Shown piece by piece: positions 1 through 9,980 of a stretch of 64,000 bases of DNA. The stretch is from Bdellovibrionota bacterium. Its GTDB lineage: Bacteria; Bdellovibrionota_C; UBA2361; JAAYZI01. The stretch's first letter is position 1. Every line of letters begins with the position of its first letter. The DNA lies in assembly GCA_050950765.1 (NCBI GenBank), contig JBMNIF010000003.1, positions 416,001 to 480,000 of the forward strand. Reading direction: 5' to 3'. A program made the translations under genes and the position numbers. The notes below the pieces were generated by a model, which saw nothing but the letters and a program-made list of their open reading frames with translations, was not told where the DNA came from and did no database searches.

Positions 1-285
1 CCCATCACAAATTAACGCCACATCACTCTTTGCTAAACACAACAAGGTCGGCAACCCTAACAGGCGCACACTTAACGTCCACGGCATTACATTTACAGGA
101 TGGACTCGATACTTACTCCCGTAATGTTTCTCTATCCATTGCGGTGCAATAGTTGGAACGTAGAATTCGACGTTAGGAATCTCATTTGAGAGATGCTCCA
201 TAATACTAGATAAAATGGCAGCATCTCCCAAGTTGCGACCGGAATTATTGCCTAACAGGGTAACCCGCGGAATTTTGTTTTTCAT
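1..285 (-). CDS. Polysaccharide pyruvyl transferase family protein (CsaB/WcaK-like), N-terminal part, runs off the window edge
   Basis: Not in the ORF track. Manual translation from ATG at 285 (ATGA overlap with the gcvH stop) gives MKNKIPRVTLLGNNSGRNLGDAAILSSI...KSDVALICDG, open to position 1. G-x3-G-x-N-x-G-D-x-A is typical of the N-terminus of this family. Confidence 0.7.
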   Translation of the reverse strand, partial: MKNKIPRVTLLGNNSGRNLGDAAILSSIMEHLSNEIPNVEFYVPTIAPQWIEKHYGSKYRVHPVNVMPWTLSVRLLGLPTLLCLAKSDVALICDG

Positions 286-665
286 TTCGAAGTTGTAAAA
301 GATTGATATTCAGCAGCATCCATCAATGAATCAAGATCCGTCACCTTAAAATCTACAATTTTAATAATCCACCCCGCTTGATACGGATCGGTGTTAAGTA
401 GTGAAGGATCGTCAGATAAGAGAGTATTAACCTCTTTGATCTTACCGGAAACAGGGGCGTACACATCAGAAGCTGCCTTCGTTGATTCAGCAACGCAAAA
501 ACTATTATTCTGCTCCACCTCCATCCCCTCTGTCGGTAATTCGACAAAGACGACATCACCTAACTCAGATTGTGCAAAATCAGTAATTCCGATAGTGGCA
601 ACATCACCTTCAACACGAATCCACTGATGCTCTTTAGTATATTTTAAATCTTCAGGGTAATTCAT
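282..665 (-). CDS. gcvH: Glycine cleavage system H protein (lipoyl carrier)
   Basis: YTKEHQW, GITDFAQSELGDVVFVELP, lipoyl-Lys motif ESTKAASDVYAPVSG, N.DPY.GW. Confidence 0.97.
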   Translation of the reverse strand: MNYPEDLKYTKEHQWIRVEGDVATIGITDFAQSELGDVVFVELPTEGMEVEQNNSFCVAESTKAASDVYAPVSGKIKEVNTLLSDDPSLLNTDPYQAGWIIKIVDFKVTDLDSLMDAAEYQSFTTSK

Positions 666-742
666 TTCGTATTTTCTCCTTAGAAAAAATGATTCATATC
701 ACAACGATCCGAAAAGATACAGTGATTGAGTCTTAATAAGTC

Positions 743-1651
743 CTAACAAGAACTCGGCGAAAGTAAAGATCTCTTATAAGCGTCAAAAGTATTCGCCATC
801 AGCATGGCAACGGTCATCGGACCTACTCCACCAGGTACGGGCGTAATAGCACGACACAACTCTTTAACTCCTTCAAAATCAACATCCCCAACTAATTTAC
901 CATCAGAGAGTCTGTTGATACCAACATCTATCACAATAGATCCTTTAGAAACCCACTCCTTAGTAACCATCTGCGGCACCCCCACTGCCGCTACAATTAT
1001 ATCAGCCTCACGACAGATCTTAGCACCCTCTTTTGTTCGTGAATGCACCACCGTTACTGTGGCGTTTCGCTCCAACAGAAGCATTGAAACAGGTTTTCCA
1101 ACTAAGATCGATCTTCCGATCACAACCGCTTTTAAACCACTTAGATCAGCAGCAGGAGCATCTTCTTCACAACCATCATCTTGATAAGCGAGATCGAGTA
1201 ATTTCATAATCCCGAGCGGAGTGCACGGTCTAATCCCCGCTAGCCCCCGCATCAAAAGCCCTTGATTAACGGGATGTAATCCATCGACATCTTTTTCAGG
1301 AGAGATTAAGTTAAGTAACGACGTGCTATCCAGATGCTTCGGGAGTGGAAGCTGCATCAAGATACCATCCACTTCCGGATTATTATTAAACTGAGAGATG
1401 GCTGCTGCCACCTCTTCTTGCGTAGCATCTTCTGCTAAAATAGCATTAAATGTTTTAAAACCGCATTTTTTAGTGGCTGTTTTTTCTTTATTTGCAACGT
1501 AAGTTTTTGAAGCAGGATTTTCACCAACTAAGACAACAGCCAAACCTGGTTGCCGCTTTCCTTGCTGCACGTAGTGATCAACTTCAGTATGTAGTTTTTT
1601 ATGAATACGGCTGGCTAGCGCCTTACCATCTAAAATTTTGCATAAACTCAT
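743..1651 (-). CDS. folD: Bifunctional methylene-THF dehydrogenase/cyclohydrolase
   Basis: KDVDGLHP, PCTPLG, GRSILVGKP, DVGINR, TPVPGGVGPMTVAML; AGGAGG RBS upstream. Confidence 0.97.
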   Translation of the reverse strand: MSLCKILDGKALASRIHKKLHTEVDHYVQQGKRQPGLAVVLVGENPASKTYVANKEKTATKKCGFKTFNAILAEDATQEEVAAAISQFNNNPEVDGILMQLPLPKHLDSTSLLNLISPEKDVDGLHPVNQGLLMRGLAGIRPCTPLGIMKLLDLAYQDDGCEEDAPAADLSGLKAVVIGRSILVGKPVSMLLLERNATVTVVHSRTKEGAKICREADIIVAAVGVPQMVTKEWVSKGSIVIDVGINRLSDGKLVGDVDFEGVKELCRAITPVPGGVGPMTVAMLMANTFDAYKRSLLSPSSC

Positions 1652-1901
1652 AATAAAGTTTCCTCCTAAGTTTTACCGATCTCAACTTACCTGCACCTCA
1701 TTAATAAAAAGAGAAGAAGATAATCGACTACTCCTTTTTTTGCAAAGAGAAGAGGTGCTATCTTACTTAAAGATTAATTATTTTACAGCTATCTCAAGCT
1801 CAAGCCCCCACTTTGTAGGTATTTCTCTTTTCTTCTTAATTAGTTAGAGTAGTAAATATTGTAAAACAGATTACTTTTAAACCATCTTGGATACATTAGC
1901 T

Positions 1902-4900
1902 ATGTTTATAAAAAAAATATTTTTCTCCCTATCTCTAATATTTTCATTTTTATACATTTCCAGTGCATTAGCCCTTACTGACGAGATCCCACAACTAGAT
2001 AAAGCAGCAGTCCTACGCTCTGCTGCTGAAATTACCACAGAAAATTATCCTGATGCTGATGACGTTCTGATTGATGACTACACTAGGGTTAAGTACAACG
2101 CTGATGGCACATCCCTTGAACTTTGCGACAGCTACCAGAAAATTCTTACTGAAAAAGGCAAGCGTGACAACAGTGAGATAACTATGCACTTTACAATTCC
2201 ATACGATAAAGTTGCGGTGTTACTCCTTGAAATAATCAAGCCTGATGGCACAACCATTCCCGTAGACATAGCAGCTCAAAGTAAAGAGATGATTAGCTCA
2301 GGACAGATGAACTCAAACATCTATAATCCTAATGACAAAGAGCTAAGAGTCGGAATTCCAAACTTACAGATTAACGATATTGTTCACACCATCACACGTT
2401 CTGAAACCGTCAAACCCATTGTCCCAAATACTTGGAGCGATATAGTAATCTTTGAATACACCTCCCCTATTAAACACCATACTTATGAAGTTATTGCACC
2501 ACACGAACGTCCGCTAAAAAAGATCGCCCTGCGAGATGAAGTAAAAGGGAGTGTCAAAGCTTCAAAAACACAATTAAAAGACGGCATCTCCTACAAGTGG
2601 GAAGTTTTTAACGTTCCGCAGATATTTCCAGAACCTAACATGCCTGCGCTATTCTCCGTTGTTCAACGTCTTATCGTCAGCACAATAGAAGATTGGGAAG
2701 AGATCTCAAAGTGGTACTGGAATATCAGCGAACCGCATCTTGCTGCTACTACTCCAGAGATGCGTCAAAAGGTAGATGAGATCACTAAAGGCATTAATGA
2801 TCCGAGAGAAAAACTTGAAGCGATCTTTCGTTGGGTCTCTCAAGAGATCCGTTACATGGGAATCACCATTGAAGATGATGCACCAGGCTTTGAACCTCAC
2901 GATGTTAAGCTCACCTTTGAACAACGTCACGGAGTGTGTAGAGATAAAGCAGCTTTATTAGTAGCAATGCTACGCATGGCAGGTTTGGATGCTTACCCCG
3001 TGATTATCTATGTGGGTCCTAAACGTGATCCAGAAGTACCGATGGCACGTTTTAATCACGCCGTAGTTGCTGCTGAACTACCACTCCCAAACTCTAAAGA
3101 AAAAGAAACGATCCTAATGGATCCCACAAATGAAAGCACAAAAGACCTTTTCCCAGCGTATCTAAATGATCGCAGCTACATAATTGCGAAAAGCGCAGGA
3201 GAAACTTTACGCGTTTCGCCTATTACACCGGCAGAAGAAAATGCTGTATCCATTACAACAAAAGCAGCTATTGATGATAACGGACTCTTAAATGCAACAA
3301 CTACCATCGCCTTCAACGGCATTAACGATTCTGCTTATAGAGGATTCTTAGCACGCACCACTTCTGATGAAAGGAAGCGTTTCTTTGAAGCTTTAATAGG
3401 AGCAGTTGCTCCGGAAGCTACCCTCACATCTGTTGAGTTAACACCAAAAAATTTACTAGACACAACGCTCCCCCTCTCTGCTAAGTTAGCATTTAAAACA
3501 GACGATAATATGTTGATACAAGAAAACGGCGTCACCATGTTCGTCCCTCCGTATTTTGGAACTCGTCTCGGTCTAGTTAATTTCGCACTTGGCAAAACAG
3601 GATTGGAGAAACGAAGATACCCTCTCAATATTGATTTTGCTTGTGGAGTTGAAGAAGAGATCGATATCGAACTTGCACCGTCTTTAGGCGCAATAAAAGC
3701 GCTACCTGATGTTACAACCATAAGTAACGATGGAGTTTCTTGGAACGGACAAGCTCTCAAAACAGAAAGCGGCTTAAATATTAAAAGGCAGTTTTACTTA
3801 AAAGTAGTGGAGTTTACTCCGCAACAATATCAGACACTAAAAAACGACCTTAAGGTAATTGAATATGACAAGAGGAAACGTCCGATACTTGAGCAAGGAG
3901 ACGGATCCGACAGAAACGCCGATCTTATTTTACTCGATCGTACAGTTAAGTTTTTTCTAAATGACAGCCACACTTGGAGAGAGGAGCATTACTACAAGAA
4001 GAAGATCTTAACCTATAACGGTAAAAAGGATGCTGCTGAAGTAAAGATAACTTACAACTCAGCTCTGGAAGATGTTAAAGTATTAGAAGCGAAAGTAACA
4101 AATGGCACAGTAACTAAAGAGATCTCTCCTAATGAAATAAATCTTATGGATGCTGCATGGGTAGCTTCTGCGCCACGTTATCCTGCTACAAAAACGTTAG
4201 TTTTAAGTTTACCGAGTGTGGAGATCGGTAGTATCGTTGAATACAAGATCGCTATCGAGAAGAAAGATAGCCCCTTTTTCTCAACACTTCAGATCTTTAG
4301 AGATTTTAACCCACTAAAACGTAAGACCGTTACTATTGATGCACCTAAGGATCTAGCACTCACAATTAAAACAGACGATAACGGTACAGCAATACCGGAT
4401 AACACCGATCATTCGATATTCGATATTACCGACACGACGAAAGGAGATCGCCGCATCCGTACTTGGACGGTTTCAGATCAAAAGCCGCTAACAAAAGAGG
4501 ATAACTTACCGCCTGCCTTTGCCATGACAGCTATGCTGCACGTCACTTCAGGAGATTGGCAGATCTTTTCAAAAAGCATCTATGATAAATTAAAAGAAGC
4601 TGCTGAAAAGCAACCGCAAACAGCTCTCTTAGCTCAACAGATCACGGGAAAAGCTGCAAACAGAGATGAGAAGATAATTGCCATCAGAGATTTTGTTGCA
4701 AAAAATATCCGTCGTGTTGGCCCCACTATCAATATGCTTCCACTAAGCGCCATCACCGCCTCTGATCAAACTATAAAAGACGGATATGGTAATAACAGTG
4801 ACCGAGCTGTTGTGCAGTATGCTCTTTTAAAAGAAGCAGGTTTAAACCCTGAGTATTTATTAGTTGATTCGAGTAGATTAGCGCCTGAATTACTAGAGTT

Positions 4901-5729
4901 CAGAAAGAACGCCTCAGACCTTGATACATTTGATCTGGTACTGGTAAAAGTTCAAGGAGATTCTGAAGAGATAATTCTTAATGACACCAATCAATACGCT
5001 CATCTCGGGACAACCCCTTCCGAGGGACGCTTATCATTAACAGAGAGAGCCGATCTGGAGCTACTCTCAATTCCGCAAAATCTACAAAACTGTGTACACG
5101 TTAATTACGACTTAACCATTGAAAAAGATGGCACTGCCCTTTTAACTTGGACAAAAGAGAGTTTCGGCACTGCCTATGCTTCTGGGAAAAAGTTTTTTTC
5201 AGAGATGACTCCGGAGGAGAGGACACGTTATCAGCAGGAGCAGGTGGCAGCAATTTCACAAAGTGCTATTTTAACAAAAAGTTTAGCGGCAAACTTTAAT
5301 GTTTATCCGAGTAGAGAGACTTTCAGTGTAAAGGTACCTCACTTTGCCGTACAGACCGGAGATTATCTATATTTTAATCTGCCGCGCACCGTTCAAAGGT
5401 TATTTAACGTCCATCAAAAGACACGGGAAAATCCTTTGGCATTTTCTTCCATTACACGTTTAAAGATCGATACAACAGTTACTCTTCCCAAAGAGTTCTC
5501 AAACATAGCTCTTCTGCCGCAACCACAAGAGTGGCACCTTCCGAATGATAGCGGAAAAATTATTTTAAAGGTTGATCTTTCAAAAGCCGACGCTCAAAAG
5601 AAGATACGATTCTCTCAGAGAGTAGACCTAAAACCACTACTACTTGAAGCAGCGGATTATCACCGTGTCTTTGATATCGATAAGACTCTGGCACTACCAG
5701 CAAGTAGAATCGTTTTATTAAAAAAATAA
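1902..5729 (+). CDS. Secreted protein with two DUF3857 + transglutaminase-like modules
   Basis: Signal peptide after ATG at 1902 (ORF track starts at TTG 1887). Module 1 has the triad GVCRDKA / FNHAVV / LMDPT; module 2 is degenerate (GNNSDRA). Confidence 0.8.
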   Translation: MFIKKIFFSLSLIFSFLYISSALALTDEIPQLDKAAVLRSAAEITTENYPDADDVLIDDYTRVKYNADGTSLELCDSYQKILTEKGKRDNSEITMHFTIPYDKVAVLLLEIIKPDGTTIPVDIAAQSKEMISSGQMNSNIYNPNDKELRVGIPNLQINDIVHTITRSETVKPIVPNTWSDIVIFEYTSPIKHHTYEVIAPHERPLKKIALRDEVKGSVKASKTQLKDGISYKWEVFNVPQIFPEPNMPALFSVVQRLIVSTIEDWEEISKWYWNISEPHLAATTPEMRQKVDEITKGINDPREKLEAIFRWVSQEIRYMGITIEDDAPGFEPHDVKLTFEQRHGVCRDKAALLVAMLRMAGLDAYPVIIYVGPKRDPEVPMARFNHAVVAAELPLPNSKEKETILMDPTNESTKDLFPAYLNDRSYIIAKSAGETLRVSPITPAEENAVSITTKAAIDDNGLLNATTTIAFNGINDSAYRGFLARTTSDERKRFFEALIGAVAPEATLTSVELTPKNLLDTTLPLSAKLAFKTDDNMLIQENGVTMFVPPYFGTRLGLVNFALGKTGLEKRRYPLNIDFACGVEEEIDIELAPSLGAIKALPDVTTISNDGVSWNGQALKTESGLNIKRQFYLKVVEFTPQQYQTLKNDLKVIEYDKRKRPILEQGDGSDRNADLILLDRTVKFFLNDSHTWREEHYYKKKILTYNGKKDAAEVKITYNSALEDVKVLEAKVTNGTVTKEISPNEINLMDAAWVASAPRYPATKTLVLSLPSVEIGSIVEYKIAIEKKDSPFFSTLQIFRDFNPLKRKTVTIDAPKDLALTIKTDDNGTAIPDNTDHSIFDITDTTKGDRRIRTWTVSDQKPLTKEDNLPPAFAMTAMLHVTSGDWQIFSKSIYDKLKEAAEKQPQTALLAQQITGKAANRDEKIIAIRDFVAKNIRRVGPTINMLPLSAITASDQTIKDGYGNNSDRAVVQYALLKEAGLNPEYLLVDSSRLAPELLEFRKNASDLDTFDLVLVKVQGDSEEIILNDTNQYAHLGTTPSEGRLSLTERADLELLSIPQNLQNCVHVNYDLTIEKDGTALLTWTKESFGTAYASGKKFFSEMTPEERTRYQQEQVAAISQSAILTKSLAANFNVYPSRETFSVKVPHFAVQTGDYLYFNLPRTVQRLFNVHQKTRENPLAFSSITRLKIDTTVTLPKEFSNIALLPQPQEWHLPNDSGKIILKVDLSKADAQKKIRFSQRVDLKPLLLEAADYHRVFDIDKTLALPASRIVLLKK

Positions 5730-5740
5730 GCCGGTCTGAA

Positions 5741-7080
5741 TTTGACCACCCTTCAGAGACGGCAGGACGGGCTGCAACTTGCAGAGCGAATCGGTTAGAT
5801 CTCTACGAAGGTTAAAAATTTGGTGCCACCCACCAGTGCTAAAAGCCTTTAAAATTACAATAGTTAATAATATCAATATATTAGCAAAAGCTTAAAATCT
5901 GGCAGTTTTGGTGCCACCCTTCTTTTTTGCCGCTTTGACGGCTTGGGCGACTGGATAAATTTGGTGCCACCCACCACTTTAAAGAGATCTGGCTGGGCTT
6001 GGAACTGGTGCCACCCTTCAGGGACGCCCTACAGGACGCTTGAACGGGCTGCAACTTGCAGAGCAAAGTCGGCTAGATCTTATGGGGGTTAAAAATTTGG
6101 TGCCACCCACCAGTGCTAAAAGCCTTTAAAATTACAATAGTTAATAATATCAATATATTAGCAAAAGCTTAAAATCTGGCAGTTTTGGTGCCACCCACCA
6201 CTTTAAAGATGCTTAGTTTTGGTGCCACCCACCAGTAACAGCACCACCCTTCTATGGGGGTAAAAATTTGGTGCCACCCACCAGTGCTAAAAGCCTTTAA
6301 AATTACAACAGTTAATAATATCAATATATTAGCAAAAGCTTAAAATCTGGCAGTTTTGGTGCCACCCTTCTTTTTTGCCGCTTTGACGGCTTGGGAGGTC
6401 AAAATTTGGTGCCACCCACCAGTAAAAGTGGGTGTCCTAATTGGCGGCTAATAATATCAGTATGTTAGCAAAAGTTAGAATTTGAACTGCAAATCGAATC
6501 GGCTAGATCTGGACGGGGGTTAAAAAACTGGTGCCACCCACCAGTTAAAAGTGGGTGTCCTAATTGGCGGCTAATAATATCAGGATGTTAGTAAAAGCTT
6601 AGGTCTTGGCAGTTTTGGCAGCATTTTGGTGCCACCCTTCAAGGACAACCGAACGGGCTGCAACTGCGGGGCGAAGTCGGCTAGTCTACGGAGGTTAAAA
6701 ATTTGGTGCCACCCACCAGTGCAGAATCTTGGAGGTTAAAAATTTGGTGCCACCCACCAGTGCAGAATCTTGGCTTAAAAGGATGAAGTCTTTAAAATCA
6801 ATATGTTAGCACCTAACTAAAGATGCTTAGTTTTGGTGCCACCCTTCTATGACAATTGAACGGGGTGATACTGCAAAACGAACTGGCTAGATTTCTACGG
6901 AGGTAAAAGGTGGGTGTCCTAATTGGAAGCTAAGGACGATCGAGCGAGCTGATACTAAAAAACGAGTTAGCTAGATCTAGACGGAGGTCAAAAAATTTGG
7001 TGCCACCCTTTAGGGACGACTGAACGGGCTGATACTGCAAAGCGGGATCAGCTAGGTCTCTACGGAGGTCAAAAATTTGA
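5741..7080 (+). repeat. Modular intergenic repeat array 1 (GGTGCCACCC core)
   Basis: 16 exact cores counted at 5822, 5910, 5963, 6007, 6099, 6187, 6221, 6270, 6358, 6408, 6530, 6628, 6705, 6746, 6835 and 6999, plus degenerate ones. Secondary motif GTGGGTGTCCTAATTGG occurs 3 times. Lies between convergent genes. Confidence 0.95.
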
Positions 7081-7084
7081 AAGG

Positions 7085-9730
7085 TTATGTGATAGGGGTA
7101 ATTGACATTTTATTACAGCTGGAGCCATCTGAAAAAATAAGTTCTATGGTTTCTTCTTTCATAGTAGCTGCAATTGGATGGAATCCGTGCCACCCTAACT
7201 CTGAAAGTTGTGTTAGCGCCCCCTCTATTTTGAAGTTTTTCACTTCACCTTGAGGCGAAATTTGATGGACAAAGATCCCGTAATGTTCATCAAAACTTAA
7301 AAAAACATTTTCCTGAATCTTCGCCATAAAAGGAGTAGACTGTTCCTTACTCCCCTTCATTAAAGTTTTTGGAGTGTAGCCTTCGCCATCAATAACATCA
7401 TCTATATCAAAGAGGAAAAGTTTACCTCTCCCAGTTCCGACAATAAATTTTTTATTAGAAATATCAGAAATAAAAACTATATCGGGCAGTGCTGTTACTA
7501 TGGATTGCACATTAACTAATTTCCTAGTTTCTCTCTCCATTTCAAATACACTCACCACTCCGTTGGAAGATGCAAGGAGTAAAAAATCTCCCACCATGCC
7601 GATAGAAACAGGCTCTCCCTGTGGCTCTGCCACATATTTAGAATAAAAGTTATCTTTTTTACACTTTACATTAAAATAATCTAAACACACGTAATTGCCT
7701 CTGATAGAAATAACATAAGGATCAACCATCCTACCGGAAAAGCAATTTAAAGCGTGAACTCTACATCTGGTAGTGTCGCCTTCAGCAGTTTTATCTTTAG
7801 CAGCTTCATCTTTAGCAGCTTCATCTTCAATACTTTTACTTGTTGCAATTTTTAGATAGTTAGAAACCTTTTCTTTTGATTTTTCTTCTGATTTTTGAGC
7901 ACATAAGTGAAGTCTCCCCTCATCATCTCCTACTATTACAAAACCACCTTCGATATCCACAAACCCTGTAATTGAGGTGACACCTTCACAGTTAAAGATG
8001 CCTTCTTCACATTTAAGATCACAAACAAGACTTTCTGCTGCAAAGTCTGAATTCAGAACTCCTACTGCACAATCTGAAAAAAGATCTTCTCCTTCTTCAA
8101 AAAGCTCTTCTTGGAAAGTAAGAAAATCTTTGGGAATTTTGATGGACCCATCGTCTTCTTCTGTGGCATCAAACTCCCGTTCGCCTTTTCCTGCGGCACC
8201 CCTAGATCTTTTAGGGATCCTTTTACCTCTTCTTTTATCAGCAGGATCTTTAATATCTTTTTTTATTACAGAAGGCTCTTCCTTACTACCCTTACTATTT
8301 ATAACTTTCTTGACCTTTCTGGTCTCTTTTAGTTCTGCAGGCTCTTTCTCACTATTTGTAACTTTCTTGACCTCTCTGGTTCCTCTTAGTTCTGCGGGGT
8401 TTTGTAAGTATTTTTTCAAGACCTTAGCATCACTTTTTTCAATCACGAAAAACTTTTCTTTTGATTTTTCAGTACAACGTTCATATACATTAAACAAGAC
8501 CTTACCATTAAGGAGGAATCTACATCCCACACGACTAAGCGCTTTATCTTTTAATGAATTATCTTTTAATGAAGCAACAAACTCATCAAAAGTTTTTTCT
8601 AAGACGGGATCCTTTTCACTGAAAAAATTCTCATATTTAAGAGGGACTTCATCCTTCGCCTTTGGTAATAAAATTTTACGTTCAGTCAGTAGATCTTCAA
8701 ATTTAGCTTTATCTCCTTTTTTGATAGCATAAACAGCGATAGAACCGGATCGTCTTAGAAAACAAGTGACCTCTTTGCCTGATTCAGATTTTAAGGTAAT
8801 CTCCTTATCATCCTCCCCAAAAAGTTTAGCTAAGGGATTATTTTTAGTCGATGCGGTACTCCCATATATAATACGCTCCGTTTTTTTATCGAGAGGGATG
8901 ATATAATTCTTATACTTTGCACTTAAATATTCCTTTAACGTTGAAATATGCTCTAAATTTGCTGCAAAAACGGTGCGCGCATGAGCTTTACGCATAAAAA
9001 ACGGAATTTTAAACTCCCTCCCGTTAATTGTTTCTACAAATGTCCAGTGGTCTTTTTCAGGATCAGCCTTAACTATTTTGTCTAATTTTTTGCAAAGAGT
9101 GGTTATATATTTGATACTCTCACCAATAACAACTCTTTTTTTTTGTAATCCCTTACCACTGATAGCGAATTCACCTTTTTTATTCAAAAATTGGGCTTCT
9201 CTTCCATGAGGATGTTTAGTAGATAAATACTCTTTCAAGGTTTTAAGATCTTCTTTTTTAATAGCTGGAACTACTCTAGCTCCATTTTGTCTGATAAAAA
9301 TAGGGATCTCAAACTCCTCACCATTGATAACACCGTGAAAAGCGACCTCCTTTATCCCCGCTCTAAAACATTCTTTATAAAAATCTTTATTACTGACATC
9401 TTCTAGATCATACCCTTGTTGCTTTGCGCTATTCTGAAAAGATTCTCTTATTTCTTTTAAAAACTCCTTAATGACAGGTGTGTCATAAGAACCAAGTGTA
9501 GACAAACTGTTTTGACTAATGGAGAGCTCATTATCTAGATCTAATTTTTCAATATTTTTACGGCTTTTTTTGATTTCAGATAAAGGGTCATTAATTTCGA
9601 ACGGAACTCCAGTCTTAAATGGAGTGTTAAGACCATTCTGTGCAGAATTTGATTCACAATTTGATCCCTGCGCACGATTTGATAATCCCTGCGCAGGATT
9701 TGATTCACTATTTCGCCTTACTCCAAACAT
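7085..9730 (-). CDS. Hypothetical 881-aa protein: N-terminal repeated basic domains, charged linker, probable C-terminal beta-propeller
   Basis: Long ORF with internal repeats. The C-terminus has propeller-like blades (FVIVGDDEGRLHL, LLLASSNGVVSVF, FIVGTGRGKLFLFD). Confidence 0.65.
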   Translation of the reverse strand: MFGVRRNSESNPAQGLSNRAQGSNCESNSAQNGLNTPFKTGVPFEINDPLSEIKKSRKNIEKLDLDNELSISQNSLSTLGSYDTPVIKEFLKEIRESFQNSAKQQGYDLEDVSNKDFYKECFRAGIKEVAFHGVINGEEFEIPIFIRQNGARVVPAIKKEDLKTLKEYLSTKHPHGREAQFLNKKGEFAISGKGLQKKRVVIGESIKYITTLCKKLDKIVKADPEKDHWTFVETINGREFKIPFFMRKAHARTVFAANLEHISTLKEYLSAKYKNYIIPLDKKTERIIYGSTASTKNNPLAKLFGEDDKEITLKSESGKEVTCFLRRSGSIAVYAIKKGDKAKFEDLLTERKILLPKAKDEVPLKYENFFSEKDPVLEKTFDEFVASLKDNSLKDKALSRVGCRFLLNGKVLFNVYERCTEKSKEKFFVIEKSDAKVLKKYLQNPAELRGTREVKKVTNSEKEPAELKETRKVKKVINSKGSKEEPSVIKKDIKDPADKRRGKRIPKRSRGAAGKGEREFDATEEDDGSIKIPKDFLTFQEELFEEGEDLFSDCAVGVLNSDFAAESLVCDLKCEEGIFNCEGVTSITGFVDIEGGFVIVGDDEGRLHLCAQKSEEKSKEKVSNYLKIATSKSIEDEAAKDEAAKDKTAEGDTTRCRVHALNCFSGRMVDPYVISIRGNYVCLDYFNVKCKKDNFYSKYVAEPQGEPVSIGMVGDFLLLASSNGVVSVFEMERETRKLVNVQSIVTALPDIVFISDISNKKFIVGTGRGKLFLFDIDDVIDGEGYTPKTLMKGSKEQSTPFMAKIQENVFLSFDEHYGIFVHQISPQGEVKNFKIEGALTQLSELGWHGFHPIAATMKEETIELIFSDGSSCNKMSITPIT

Positions 9731-9980
9731 AACTATACAAGCTTATGGTCTGATAAAAAGTTTACCGTATTTATTCTTTAAAAATTAAATTCCTACCCTC
9801 TTACAATGATCGTAAAGTTTAAGAACAGAGAAATATAAAAAGTCAGGGCGAAACACTACAACAACGTTTTTTAAAAAAACCTTGGTGTAAAATCGCCCCT
9901 ATGAAGAGATCACTCTTCATGCTTCTTAACGCGCTTAGGCGGCTTGCTGTTTCAAAAGATTGGCAAGCAGTTGGCTGTCC

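Noticed and set aside
5826..5837. Chi-like sequence (CCACCAGT = ACTGGTGG, 7/8 match to E. coli Chi) and GGYRCC restriction site in the core
   Set aside because: Chi is lineage-specific and dispersed rather than arrayed, many cores lack the ACCAG extension, and nothing in the window supports either role
5741..7080. CRISPR array interpretation of the GGTGCCACCC arrays
   Set aside because: The constant part is only about 10-16 bp, spacing varies from 34 to over 160 bp, the intervening sequences recur instead of being unique, and there are no cas genes in the window
7977..8732. 251-aa plus-strand ORF (and 9901-10440)
   Set aside because: Ser/Phe/Leu-rich antisense shadows of Lys/Glu-rich minus-strand genes
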